Assembly: GCA_976551045.1 (NCBI GenBank)
Contig: CDPCPM010000050.1
Coordinates: 15,066,001-15,130,000, forward strand
Source of the DNA: Glaucostegus cemiculus
Taxonomy: Eukaryota
DNA length: 64,000 bases
Reading direction: 5' to 3'
In this document: positions 51,185 to 62,304 of the stretch, in pieces
Layout of the letters: each line of letters opens with the position of its first letter
How positions within the stretch are numbered: the stretch's first letter is position 1
Translations under genes and position numbers: made by a program
The notes under the pieces: model-generated
The model's input: only the letters and a program-made list of their open reading frames with translations
What the model was told of the DNA's origin: nothing
The model's database searches: none

Positions 51185-53029
51185 TTCAACACCTGGTGCC
51201 TAACATACAGAATCACAAGATCATACACCGCAGAATATTCAAGGAGGCAAAAGACATCTTAAGTCAAATGAATGTGTTATAAAAAATATCTGACTGCCAA
51301 GCATCATCTTTCCTTATACAATTTAATTTCTAAAAGGAAGTAATTCAAAATGCACATCTAAACTGCCTTACGACCTCAATTCGCATTTATGTACCCTTTC
51401 CGTGCCCAATTTTCCAGCCTAATAGCAGGAAAGTGTGTTTTTCTTTAAATGACCTTAATAATCCTTACCAAATTCATAGGAAAAACTAACAAGCCAGAAG
51501 GGGGAAAACAGGCAAACTTTAAAAAATATTATTTATTTAAAAGTGTGTGGACAACACTAAAAATCTGGCATAGTAAAATATGCTTACTGAGCTTTGCTTT
51601 TGAAATCCACTTCACTTAAGTGTTTCTCAGGCATTAATGTTTCATGTGAAGGGTGACCAACAGGTTAACAACGAGAGCAAAGATGGGAAAAAACAGTGGG
51701 ATCATTTTAGCAATGAACTAGGAAGGATTAATAAAGAGCATTCTCGTGGAAGTTCTAGGAGCAAGATGGAACAAAAGAAAAAAATTGATACTAAAATGTC
51801 ATAGGGAACAGTAGCCTGAATGGAAAGACTATCTTACATTAAACATATAAAATTATGCAGGACATTTCATTTGCTTGTCCAAGATCAATTTAAAACTCAA
51901 TCATATGGTGTATAACTTTAAACTTGCCTGATCTCTTTCCTTCTGATTACATGGTTTCAATCATAAAAAAATGTAACCTGTTCACATCTAACCCTTGCTA
52001 TTAATAAACTGTTAAGGGCAATCATGCACCGTCGGTCCTAGTAATCAAACACATTCATTGCCATGTTGACTTATTACTATCGTAATCAGAAAAGATAATA
52101 CATTATACATACTCACCATTCAGCCAAAAATGAAGGCTGTGTAATTTAAAAAATTCCCAAAGATGAAAAAAATGGGTAAAGGTTAACCTATAAATATACC
52201 TGTATGCATGCAAAATAGTTTGTACTGTAGCAACGTGAGTTTATTTGACTGAATGATATGACATTTTACAAATAATCATAACATGATGTGTTATCACTTC
52301 AGTTATGATGCCACAGTGGTACTGGCCAGCCAATCAGCTCACAGCTAGCCTGAGTTCACGTTTACATTGGTCAGCCCCTTTCTGGCTAGCAATATCCTGC
52401 TATCGATTTTTTGAATTATCAACACCACCAGCTCAACAAAATAAATAAACCATGCTCAGGTAAATTTGACTCACTACTAGACTGTGTGTAAGCTGTACAA
52501 ACATGTTCTCATACTGAAACATTTAACTGAAGGATTACTTCAAACAGATTGTCAAAGTCTTAAATTAGCTTCCACCCCACCTGAACCCTGGTCCCCATAA
52601 ACACCAAATTACATCATCACCAGTGTCATAAACAATTTACTAAAAGTGGGGCTTTAGTCCAACTCTTGCCTATTTCTACCAAAGTTTAATTAAACTGGGA
52701 CAGTTCATCTGAATACACAGAACCAAGAGAATAATCTTTATTGTAAACATTATAAGCAGTGTATTAGGTAAACTTTCTGTTAGACCAGAACTATTGTTTA
52801 AACAAAAACACAAAAAAAATCACCAAGAACTTTTTTTAGAAAGCTGATAAAAGAAAACATTAGTTAGAACCTAAAATGATTATTATTTATGATTATTAAT
52901 CATAGCCAATATCTTTAGTATTATTGTTAATAATAATTTCTGATGCCATGACTCAAAAAATCAAATTTTCACCCCAAGGCAGAGGAATCTGCCAGGTAGA
53001 CTGAGGAAATACATAGAAATTGGTATGGG

Positions 53030-53595
53030 AAGTACTGATCTGGAGGAAAGTATTGATCAGGAAAAATACTTTAAACAGTGGAAACAGAAATAATGGTTCA
53101 AACCAAAGAATGAGACTGACAGATGGACGGAGGCGAAATCCTTTCAACTGACAGCTAGCTGGTGAGCATGTGGATATGTGTGAGTGTGCGAGAAAGTGTG
53201 AGTGTGCAAGTGTGTCTGAGAAAAAGAGTTTGTGTGTCAGAAAGTGTTATTGCGTGTGTTGAATGATGGGGGAAGTGTTGATCTGGAGGAAAGTATTGAT
53301 CTGGAAAATACTTTTAAACAGTGGAAGCAGAAATAATGTTTCGAACCAACGGATGAGAATGACAGATGGGTGGAGGTGAAATCCTTTGAACTGACAGCTA
53401 GCTGGTGAGTGTGTGCATAAATGTGAGTGTGTGAGAAAGTGTTATTGCGTGTGTTGATTAATGAGGGAAGTGTTGATCTGGAGGAAAGTATAGATCTGGA
53501 AAAAAGCAAAAATAATGGTTGAAACCAATGAATGAGGCTGACAGACGGGTGGAGGCGAAGTCCTTTAGCGGACCTGTCCCCGGTGAGTGTGTGGC
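53030..53595 (+). repeat. Three diverged tandem copies of a 200-240-bp unit
   Basis: GATCTGGAGGAAAGTA.TGATC at about 53037, 53280 and 53476, each followed by AAATAATG..TC.AACCAA.G.ATGAG..TGACAGA.GG..GGAGG.GAA.TCCTTT. Confidence 0.9.
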
Positions 53596-53690
53596 GGTGG
53601 TGGGGAGGTCCCCCGCTGGGTGAACCCAAACCGAAGTGAACCCCAGCGCTCACAAAGAGGGGCTGCTCCGATCATTTGGGTGTGAAGACA

Positions 53691-53896
53691 GCGGCCCAGA
53701 AGGCGCCCCCCTACCCTGTATCCCGGCGGCGGCGGCCCAGAAGGCGCCCCCCTACCCTGTATCCCGGCGGCGGCGGCCCAGAAGGCGCCCCCCTACCCTG
53801 TATCCCAGCGGCGGCCCAGAAGGCGCCCCCCTACCCTGTATCCCAGCGGCGGCGGCCCAGAAGGCGCCCCCCTACCCTGTATCCCAGCGGCGGCCC
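53691..53896 (+). repeat. GC-rich minisatellite, 5 units of 38-41 bp
   Basis: GCGGCCCAGAAGGCGCCCCCCTACCCTGTATCCC(A/G)GCG(GCG) starting at 53691, 53732, 53773, 53811 and 53852. Confidence 0.97.
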
Positions 53897-54259
53897 GCCC
53901 CGGTGTCCGGGCTTCATCCCCGCAACCTCAGCCCCGCTCCGTTCGGCGCCGCCATGGTCAGAGCGACCGGCGCCGAAGGGCCCGCCACGGGCACGGTTCC
54001 GCCTGCGCAAAAACCTCCCGCAAGAATCGTCAGCACTAAACCCTCCCCGCCGCCGTCAACGCCTGTTTTACCTCACCGGTATATTATACCCGCAGTAACG
54101 TACGAACATCGATTCTGCTTCAACGTTTGACGAATTAGTTCCGGCTCTGCTTTTGGCTGCCCAGTTCGTGCGCTTTAGGCGTCAGCTGAAGGAGAGGCCC
54201 CTGGAGACGTGCGCAGGTCTGTCCGCGGCCGAATGCTTCATTGAGTTGGGTTTGGATTC

Positions 54260-54349
54260 ATTTTATGAGGAACGAACCGCCGACCTTTCATGGTTACACT
54301 GGAATCCGGCGGCGGGCGCAGAGGTACGGAGCCGGTGCAGCTCCCTGCG
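54260..54349 (+). other. DENR: Putative DENR first (leader) exon; 5' end unknown
   Basis: Donor GCG|GTGAGG near the CpG-island edge; a separate leader exon is needed because the ATG exon begins with an acceptor. Confidence 0.55.
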
Positions 54350-54609
54350 GTGAGGGGCCGCCCGCCTGTCCACCCCGGCTCTCGGGACCGGGCAGGTCTC
54401 CAGCCGCCGCTCAGGCCACCGCGACGCTGCGGTTACTTTAGTTTGTTTTTCTCTCTCATTTAAAAAAAATAATGTTTTCCGTGCAGTTGTGCATCATGTC
54501 TTGCATTGGGTTTGAGGGGTGGAATTATTGCCCCAGTTGGTTTTGTACTGATTCCAATGTGGGTTCAAGTCAACTCGTTTCCCTGTGAATATCCTTCAGT
54601 ATGTCTCAG

Positions 54610-54852
54610 TGCTCATTAGAAGAGGGTATGGCTTTAAAGTAATGGGTGGGAAGGTCAAAGGAGCTGTCAGAGAGAGGTTTTTTTACCCAGAGAGTGGTTG
54701 GTGCATGGAATGCAGATTGTTAGATAAGCATGTGGAGGAATTTAAAATAGGGGGATATGTGGGAGGAAGGGGTTAGATAGTCTTGGGCATGGTTTAAAGG
54801 TCAGCACAACATGGTGGGCTGAAGGGCCCTGCATTGTGCTGTACTGTTCTCT
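54610..54852 (+). mobile_element. CR1/HER1-like LINE 3' fragment
   Basis: RRGYGFKVMGGK.KG.VRERFF; tail GGGCTGAAGGGCCCTGCATTGTGCTGTACTGTTCT. Confidence 0.8.
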
Positions 54853-55179
54853 GGTGTGTCCCAAATGTCTTAACTGCCAGTGAAGCTTTATTTTGTTTTG
54901 AAGTACAGTCAATGTTGTGATGCAGGTGGCAGTGCAGCCAATTTGCTCACCTGCTTCCACAAACAGGAATACAAAAAATGAACAGCTCTGTGTTATGTCA
55001 TCCTGAATAGAATTCTGAAAGTAGCTGCCCTGCTGTCTTCAAAATATGCAAGACAAATTGCTGCAACATGCCAATCAAATTTTAAATCTTTCCTCAATAT
55101 ACATTTATTCTAAAACCATAATGCTTGCGTCTTAACTAGACTGCATTGCCTCTTTCCAGCTTCTTGTCTACATTGCGTA

Positions 55180-55515
55180 TGGGGTCGCACAGCTAATAGA
55201 CATGCTGCCTCACGGCGCTAGAGATGCTGGTTCAACTTAGGTGACCTTGGATGCTTTCTGTGTGGAGTTACATGTTCTCCCTGTGACTGTGTGGGTTTCC
55301 TCCCACATTCCAAAGACGTGTGGGTTGGTAGGTTAATTGGCCAGTGTAAATTGCCCCTGGTGTAAAGGTGAGTGGTAGAATCTGGCAGGAGTTGATGAGA
55401 ATGTGGGGGAAATAAAAAAGCGGGGATAGTGTAGGATTAGTGTAGATGGATGCTTGATGGCCAGTATGGACTCAGTGGGCTGAAGGGCCTGTTTTCATGC
55501 TGGATCTCTCTATGA
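55180..55515 (+). mobile_element. V-SINE (HE1-like) with LINE-derived 3' tail
   Basis: GCTGCCTCACGGCGC..GAGA..GGTTCAA, V-domain TGTGTGGAGTTACATGTTCTCCCTGTGACTGTGTGGGTTTCCTCC, tail GGGCTGAAGGGCCTGTTT. Confidence 0.85.
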
Positions 55516-56347
55516 CATGTGCATTATCCCATATGTGATGATGGTATCCATGTAGGGATGACAACTAGTTGTGCATCATCACTGCCACTCTTGGCCCTTG
55601 TGCTTTCTATAAAGCACCAGATTGTTTGACAGACAGCTAGTACTAGCTGAGTAAAAATATATCCCAATTAATTATTGAGAAGACCAAGCACATTGCCTGT
55701 CACAAACTCTGTTGTCTAGCCTCTGACTTTATTACCCCTGGAACCTATCCAAAACTGAACCTAACTGTTCTTGATCTTGTTGCCATGTGTGACCTGGAGT
55801 TGATTTTAGACCATAAATCTGTGCCGTCATTAAGACTGCCTACTTCCAATCCTAGATCATCATCTGACAATCTTCTCCAATACATCTGTTACTGATGCAT
55901 TTATCCAAACCTTTTCTCCCTAGATTTATTTATTGCAATGCATTCTTCACCATCTTCCCTCTTTATACATTGCATAGCCTTAAGGTTATTCCAAAACTCT
56001 ACTGGCTAAGTCCTAAATTGCTCAAAGTGCCATTTACCCATCCTGTTTGTGCCTTCTGCTCAGTCATCCGCCTAGTTAAGCAACCTACCTACAATTTTAG
56101 ATTTTATGTTTTTTAAAAATCCATCCATGGTCTCATCCCTCCAAATCTAAGTCTGGCCTCTTGCTAATGCCTGAATTCAATCACTCCACCATTAATATCT
56201 TTTTTTTCAGTTGCCAAGGACCTTGAATCTTGAACTCATTCCTGAAAATCTCTGCCACTCTACTGTTCTCTCTTTCTTTGAGATCCTAATATATCCTAAT
56301 GTAAATGGCCTCCATTTCTATTTGCTAACACTGCTGTGGGGAAGCTG

Positions 56348-56900
56348 TATTGGTTTATTATTGTCACTTGTACCGAGGTACAGTGACAAGCTTGTCTTAC
56401 AAACCGATCATACAGGTCAATTCATTACACAGTGCAGTTAATTGAGTTAGTACAGAGTGCCTTGATGTAGTACAGGTGAAAACAGTAACAGTACAGAGTA
56501 AAGTGTCACAGTTACAGAGAAAGTGCAGTGTAATAAGGTGCAAGGTCACAACAAGGTCAATTGTGAGGTCATAGTCCATCTCATTGTATAAGGAACCATC
56601 CGATAGTCTTATCACAGTGAAGTAGAGGCTGTCCTTAAGTCTGGTGGTAAGTGCCCTCAGGCACCTGTATCTTCTACCTGATGGAAGAGGAGAGAACAGA
56701 GAACGTCCTGGGTGGGTGGGTGGGTGGGGTCTTTGATTATGCTGGCTGCTTCACCAAGACAATGAGCGGTAAAGACAGTCCAAGGAGGGGAGGCTGGTGT
56801 CTGTGATGTGCTGGGCTGCGTCCACAACTCTCTGCAGTTTCTTGCGGTCCTAGGCAGAGCTGTTGCCGTACCGGTAATCCAGATAGGATGCTTCCTATGG
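56348..56900 (-). mobile_element. Rex1/Babar-like LINE 3' fragment
   Basis: Minus strand YGNSSA*DRKKLQRVVDAAQHITDTSLP; 3' end GTGACAATAATAAACCAAT. Confidence 0.85.
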
Positions 56901-58764
56901 GATGTGGCCTTAGGATATTTTGCTATGTTAAAGATGTTAAATAAATGGAAGTTGCTGTTGTTATAGCCAGTTTACTTTTATGACAATTAGTTTTGTGAAA
57001 TATTGATATTAGAAAGCTAGCTAGGATTGAGAGTGAGCAGAGTTTGGAGATAATAGTCAGACTCTATGCCCAGAGGGTGGTGGAGGCCAGATTATATTTA
57101 ATTTGGAGATAGATAATTGTTTGAAAGATCAAGGAATAGAGGGTTAGGAAGAACTGGTATGGAAGAAGAGTTGAGATTACCATAGAACAGGCATGATCAT
57201 AGAATATCAGAATCAGGTTTATTATCATTGCCATATGTGAAATTTGTTGTTTTGCAGCAGCAGTACAGTGCAAAAACATAAAATTACGATAAGTACATTT
57301 TGCATAAAAAAGGAATAACAAGGTAGTGTTCATGGACTGTTCAGAAATCTGATGGTGGAGGAAAGAAGCTGTTCCTGAATCGTGAGCTTGAGGGGTCTGG
57401 TAGCTTACTCTTGCTTCTATTTTCATCTGTTCCTGTGCCATTCTTTGCTGACAAGTTTGTTTAAAATCATAATTATTGTTTCTGGCAAAATTGTTATAGT
57501 ACTATTTATACAGATCACAAGATTCCAAGTTTGACTTCCGATCCACTGAAATATATTTACAAATTGTGGCAATGATGAAACTGGAGGAGTTGAACTTCAG
57601 ATTTGCCTGATTTGACAGTTAAAGGCCTGAGCTAGGAACTAGAGATTGCTGACAAATCTAGGCTGAAAGCTAGTAAGGGATCCACACAGATTTGCAGGCC
57701 AAATCTGGAGACCAGAGGCTTATGCCGAGGTTCCAGAGAGTGAAATGTGAATAGATTTCCAAAACCATATTGTGTAACCTCAATCATTGGTTGGGATCAT
57801 AACCTTCAAATGACCCCTTCTGCCCCCCACCAAAAGGTCAATTTATTTTGGAATGTAACTGGAGTAGTCATATAATGGGTTTACCCACAATCTTGATGTT
57901 TTCCAGCACTGAGCAAATCCAAAGATGTTATTTTATGTATCAACTAGTATGTAGGCTGTGCTTTAGTGGAACAGCAATATTTCTTCCGTTGGCTCTCATG
58001 ATGTTTTTCCATTTGTCAGACAAGAAACAAATATTGTTCATCTATCTGTCACCTTGTCACCTCCTTTGGATGTCACAATGGGTTATACAAGCAATTAATT
58101 ACATTGTTTACTCATTATTATTTTGTAGACTAATACATTATCGGAATTGCTTGCTCCAAAAGGAACAACTGCACAAATGTCCTGTTAAATTCTGGAAGGC
58201 AAAATCTTGATTGGGAGACTAGAACTTCCAACTCTTCAAATAGGGCCTTGATCTTTTTTGCATTCATTTCTCTAATGGTTTGATCCAGCATCTGACGATG
58301 CAGTGCTCTCTCACTATTACACTGCAATGTTCACTGCAATGATAAGTTTCAGGTTGAAAGCTGCCGTGACTCCATTCTGTACTCCCCATTAGAGGAAATA
58401 AACCCATCACATCAAATCCTTAAATTTGTCATTTATTTGAGATGCTAATACTGATTGATCTAAAGGAATGTCAGCTGCATCTATGACTATCCTCATTATT
58501 GCTTCATTTTATCCCTTACATCATTCTTGTGAATCTGCTCTGCATCCTCTACAGGGCCAATATATCACTTGAGTTGGTGTGTCCAGAACTGACTGCAGTA
58601 GTCCAGATGGGGGCATCTAACAAGGGTTCTGCACAGCTGGAACTTGATTTCTCTAGTTTATCTCATTTAGGCCAGAGTAGATAGGCCAGAATTTTCCCAT
58701 CAGTTTTTTAGTATATTTTGTTTCTGTGCCCATTTTATTCTGGACCCTTCAGAAGTCCATTCAA

Positions 58765-59095
58765 CCCTGGTTCAATGGGTAACCTTCTGTTCTCGGAATC
58801 AAAAGGTTGTGGGTTCAAGTCCTACTCCAGAAAATATGCTGACATCTTAATGTAATGCAGAGGGAACTCTACACTGTGGAAGCTGTTGACCTCAAATTAA
58901 AGTCCTATCTGCTTTTTTTAAGTGGATATAAAAGATCTTGCAGCATTATTTCAAAGAAAAGCAGGATGTTCTACCCATGTTTCCTAACCAATATTTCTCC
59001 CTAATCAATATTCACCCAAATTTGTTAATGAATTGTATTTGATAGTTTGCTGTGGGCAAATTGGATGTTTTGCTTTCTGTATTGCAACAACTGCT
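58765..59095 (+). mobile_element. DeuSINE (SacSINE1-like)
   Basis: tRNA-like head (GGTTCAATGGGTA...GGTTGTGGGTTCAAGTCC.ACTCCAG) followed by Deu-domain-like GTGGATATAAAAGATC...TATTTCAAAGAA..GCAGG...CCAATATTT.TCCCT. Confidence 0.7.
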
Positions 59096-61220
59096 AACAC
59101 CATTAATTCTTCAGGGCCTGACCCAAAACATTGACTGCCTGTTCTTCTCCACGGATGCTGCTTGGCCTGTTGAGTTCCTCCAGCATCATAGCGTTCTTCA
59201 CCTAACTGCTTGTCCTGTCGGTAACTTCTGCATCAGTGGAAGGTTCTGTGGATGCCACATTGGCCTCTTCAGTTACCACAAAACCCAGAAAATGGAGTAG
59301 AAGCAAGAAATCCTCAGTCCTGAAGAACTGTCTTGGAAGGAGCGATGCATTGACATAGTTAATTTGTGACGAGAACAAAAGCCTCCGAAGATCCCACCGC
59401 CAATGGTGTGACACTGAGGGAAGAAGGAAAGAAAGACAGATATAGTGTATTCAGAAATCTAAAGCTAGAGGAGTGAAGGTGGGAATGCAAGATTGGAGAA
59501 AATTACAATAGTCTACGGCAGGGCCACTAAGACCTGGATTTTAAATCGATACACCAGAGGACATGTGACCAATGAAGACATGGTGATAGGCATGTTGGGT
59601 TACTCCTATAGAGGAATTGGCCTCGGTGTTTTGAAAAGTTGGAATTTATGTAAGGTAGAAAGCCAGTTAGGAACTGGTTTGAAAAATTGAGTCCAGAATT
59701 GATATGTTTGTCTGCCAGTAGCGGGGTAATTGGTAACAGCAGGTGGATGGAGGATTTGAAGCCGTGGTCTGGTCGAATAACATGGCCAGGTTCACACAGT
59801 TTGCTTTAGCCTGTGCTGGTGATCAGGGAATGAGGTGGAGTCAGTAGCAGAAATAAGATTTTATCATTGGAACTTAAATTGACATTCTCGTTCACTTAGT
59901 CAGTTGAAGGAAACTTGAATTAATACAAAACTTGATGTTCTGTGGGTCATCTGATAATAAAGTTGCAATAATGAAGTAAGAAATAGAACTGGGATTAACA
60001 GCGTGTGAAAGTTGATTTTTATTCCTGTAGATGTTATCTACAGAATTAGGGATTGATAGGATGGATGAGGAGAAATCTTTCTGCTGATTGGAGAGTCTAG
60101 GGCCAGGAGGCTTGGTCTAAAAATTATCATTGTGTTTTTTGGAAATTAAATTTAGAAAAACTTCTACATGCAATGAATGATACAGTGGTATCTTATAGGC
60201 TGCTCAGTATGTGTTCCCAGAATTGAAAACCCTAGTAGAATCAGTGCTAAAAGCATCATCATAGCATTATACGTAGAGATATGTTATTGACAGGGCCAGC
60301 AGCTTCTATTGATCCTTCAACCATTGAGAAATCTCCAGAGCTCCGCAGCCATTTAAATAATGGGGAAACAGTAGCTTCCGTCACACTCAGAGCGGGAGAC
60401 CAGAGGATCCGGGTAACCTGTCATCTGACAACACTGGGAGAAGCTACTGTTAGTCCCCAACAATGACCTTCAATCATCACAATGACAGGGTGAACCCTGA
60501 GCACTACATCTCAACACTGAGCAGCTGCACTGGTCACCCCAGCCCACCCAGTACCAATCACCTCTCCATACCAATCGATCCATTACTGCAGGAGTGCTAC
60601 CTGACAGTAGGGATGTGCTATAGATTCCCAGCGCAGTAGTTTGTAGTATGCAACCTAAGCAGATGTCTTTTGTAATGTAAAGGGGAATATGTACCTCCTG
60701 GGTTTTTGGACTGGCACACGGCTTATAGTGCTAAGCTGAGTAGCAGTGCAAAAGTTTAAAACATTCTTCCAGGGATGACAATTGAGCTGGCATAAGTTGG
60801 TAATTTTAAATCTGAGTTCATCTTTGTAAGTAAAGGCATAAAAGATGTGGGGAAAGGCTTGATATGAAATTACATCCCACTTTAGCTTTGAACATTTTCA
60901 ATAGGAGAACAGACATTAGAGCTTGCATATTCCTGTGTTTCTACTCCTCCAGGTGTATTCTGCCATTCAGATGGATTGTGGCTGATCTGTGCCTCAACTA
61001 ATTTTAGCCATCTTTGAAACTTATCCATTTATACCTTTCATTTGACTCAACATCCTGAGCTTTTTGGAGAGGGAATTCATTTAATTGACTCAAACTAGAT
61101 AGTCCCAGATTCTGGACACTTCATAAATAATTCTTGTACTTTAAATTTATTTTTGAGTAGATTTGAGAAATGCTGTTTATCTTGTTTGTTTTGGATGAAC
61201 CTCTTCTTCAGATTGATGAG

Positions 61221-61317
61221 ATGGCCACTACTGAAAATGCTGATTCAGAAAACAAAAGGGAAGAAAAACCAGTCAGCAATAAGGTGCAATGTCCATTAAA
61301 AGTACTCTACTGTGGAA
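61221..61317 (+). CDS. DENR: Density-regulated protein, first coding exon (exon starts 61212)
   Basis: MATTENADSENKREEKPVSNKVQCPLKVLYCG (human ...YPLRVLYCG); acceptor CTTCTTCAG, Kozak GAGATGG, phase-1 donor GAA|GTAAGT. Confidence 0.92.
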
Positions 61318-62284
61318 GTAAGTTTCTCAGAGGAAAAAAAACTTGTACTATGGTGCAGTGGTAACATGAGGAGGACTTTATTATTTTGACGTGATGAAAT
61401 ACAACATGGTAAAATAGTCTGGGTTGTTTGATATGATATCTTTAAATAGTTTCTCTTCTGCTGCAATGTCAGATCTAGTCATATTGCTGGATAGTATGGA
61501 AATGTGTTGCCCTATTTGAGGAGGTACAAAATGAAAATGAGGCCATGTTCATGCAAAACAAGATTCATGGTAAAGTTTGGAGCTTGTACTGTTCTTTATT
61601 AGGTAAAGGAAGTTGGAGGAAGAGCAGCAAAATAGGTGGGGAGGGGAGAGTAACTGACTGCCATAATGTTCAAAACTTGGAACAAATTTACGCAAGTAAT
61701 GAATGGATTGCAAGTAATGAATTGTGGATGATATCAAATTCCAACAGACAAATGCAATGTGATGATGTTCTAAATAGGAAGTTAAAATTCGCTACTCTAA
61801 CAAAAATGTAGTGCAAGCAGCTCAACTTTAAGTCAGGAATATGTAATCGAAGTGCATCAGTGTAGTTGAAGTAAGCTTTTAGTAGTACAATATGCATTAA
61901 ATTTTCTGCTCACTTACATTCAATAACTTGTCCAGAGCAATAGTATTCTCTTTGAGGAAGTAACTTTATGTTGCAATGACTTAAGAACCTATCTTTTAAT
62001 GAAAGTTTAAAGTATCCAGAAAAAGTATTAGTTAATTGTTTATTCCATGTCTGTGATTTCTAATGGGACAAGAGGTTTTTCCTTTAAATTACATTTGCTG
62101 AATTTGCCACTTCTAAAACACGTATAGTTTTATTTGTCTAATAAATTAAGTTAATTGATTTAATGGTATGCATGGACTTTTGTATTTCACTTGTTCCAAA
62201 ATTACATAATTGTTATTTGAGCTAGAGTATGCTTACAATTTTGACCTTAAAAATTAATATTGTTTTTCTTACCTTGTTTTCTAG

Positions 62285-62304
62285 TCTGTTCATTGCCAAC
62301 AGAG
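62285..62304 (+). CDS. DENR: DENR 20-nt microexon (ICSLPTE); gene continues right of the window
   Basis: TTGTTTTCTAG|TCTGTTCATTGCCAACAGAG|GTAAGT; splicing gives YCGICSLPTE, the DENR zinc-binding motif (human YCGVCSLPTEYC). Confidence 0.93.

Larger units (their letters stand above)
53550..54430. promoter_or_regulatory. Bidirectional CpG-island promoter shared by CCDC62 (minus) and DENR (plus)
   Basis: High GC/CpG; outward-facing donors: minus CCG|GTGAGG or GAG|GTAAAA at about 54072-54077, plus GCG|GTGAGG at 54349/50; NRF1-like TGCGCAGGCG at 54000-54009; ETS core TTCCGG at about 54139. Confidence 0.8.

Noticed and set aside
53636-54130. Plus-strand proline-rich ORFs and a perfect Kozak GCCGCCATGG near 53950
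   Set aside because: Derived from the GC minisatellite and CpG island; no homology; the motif also fits a YY1-like promoter site
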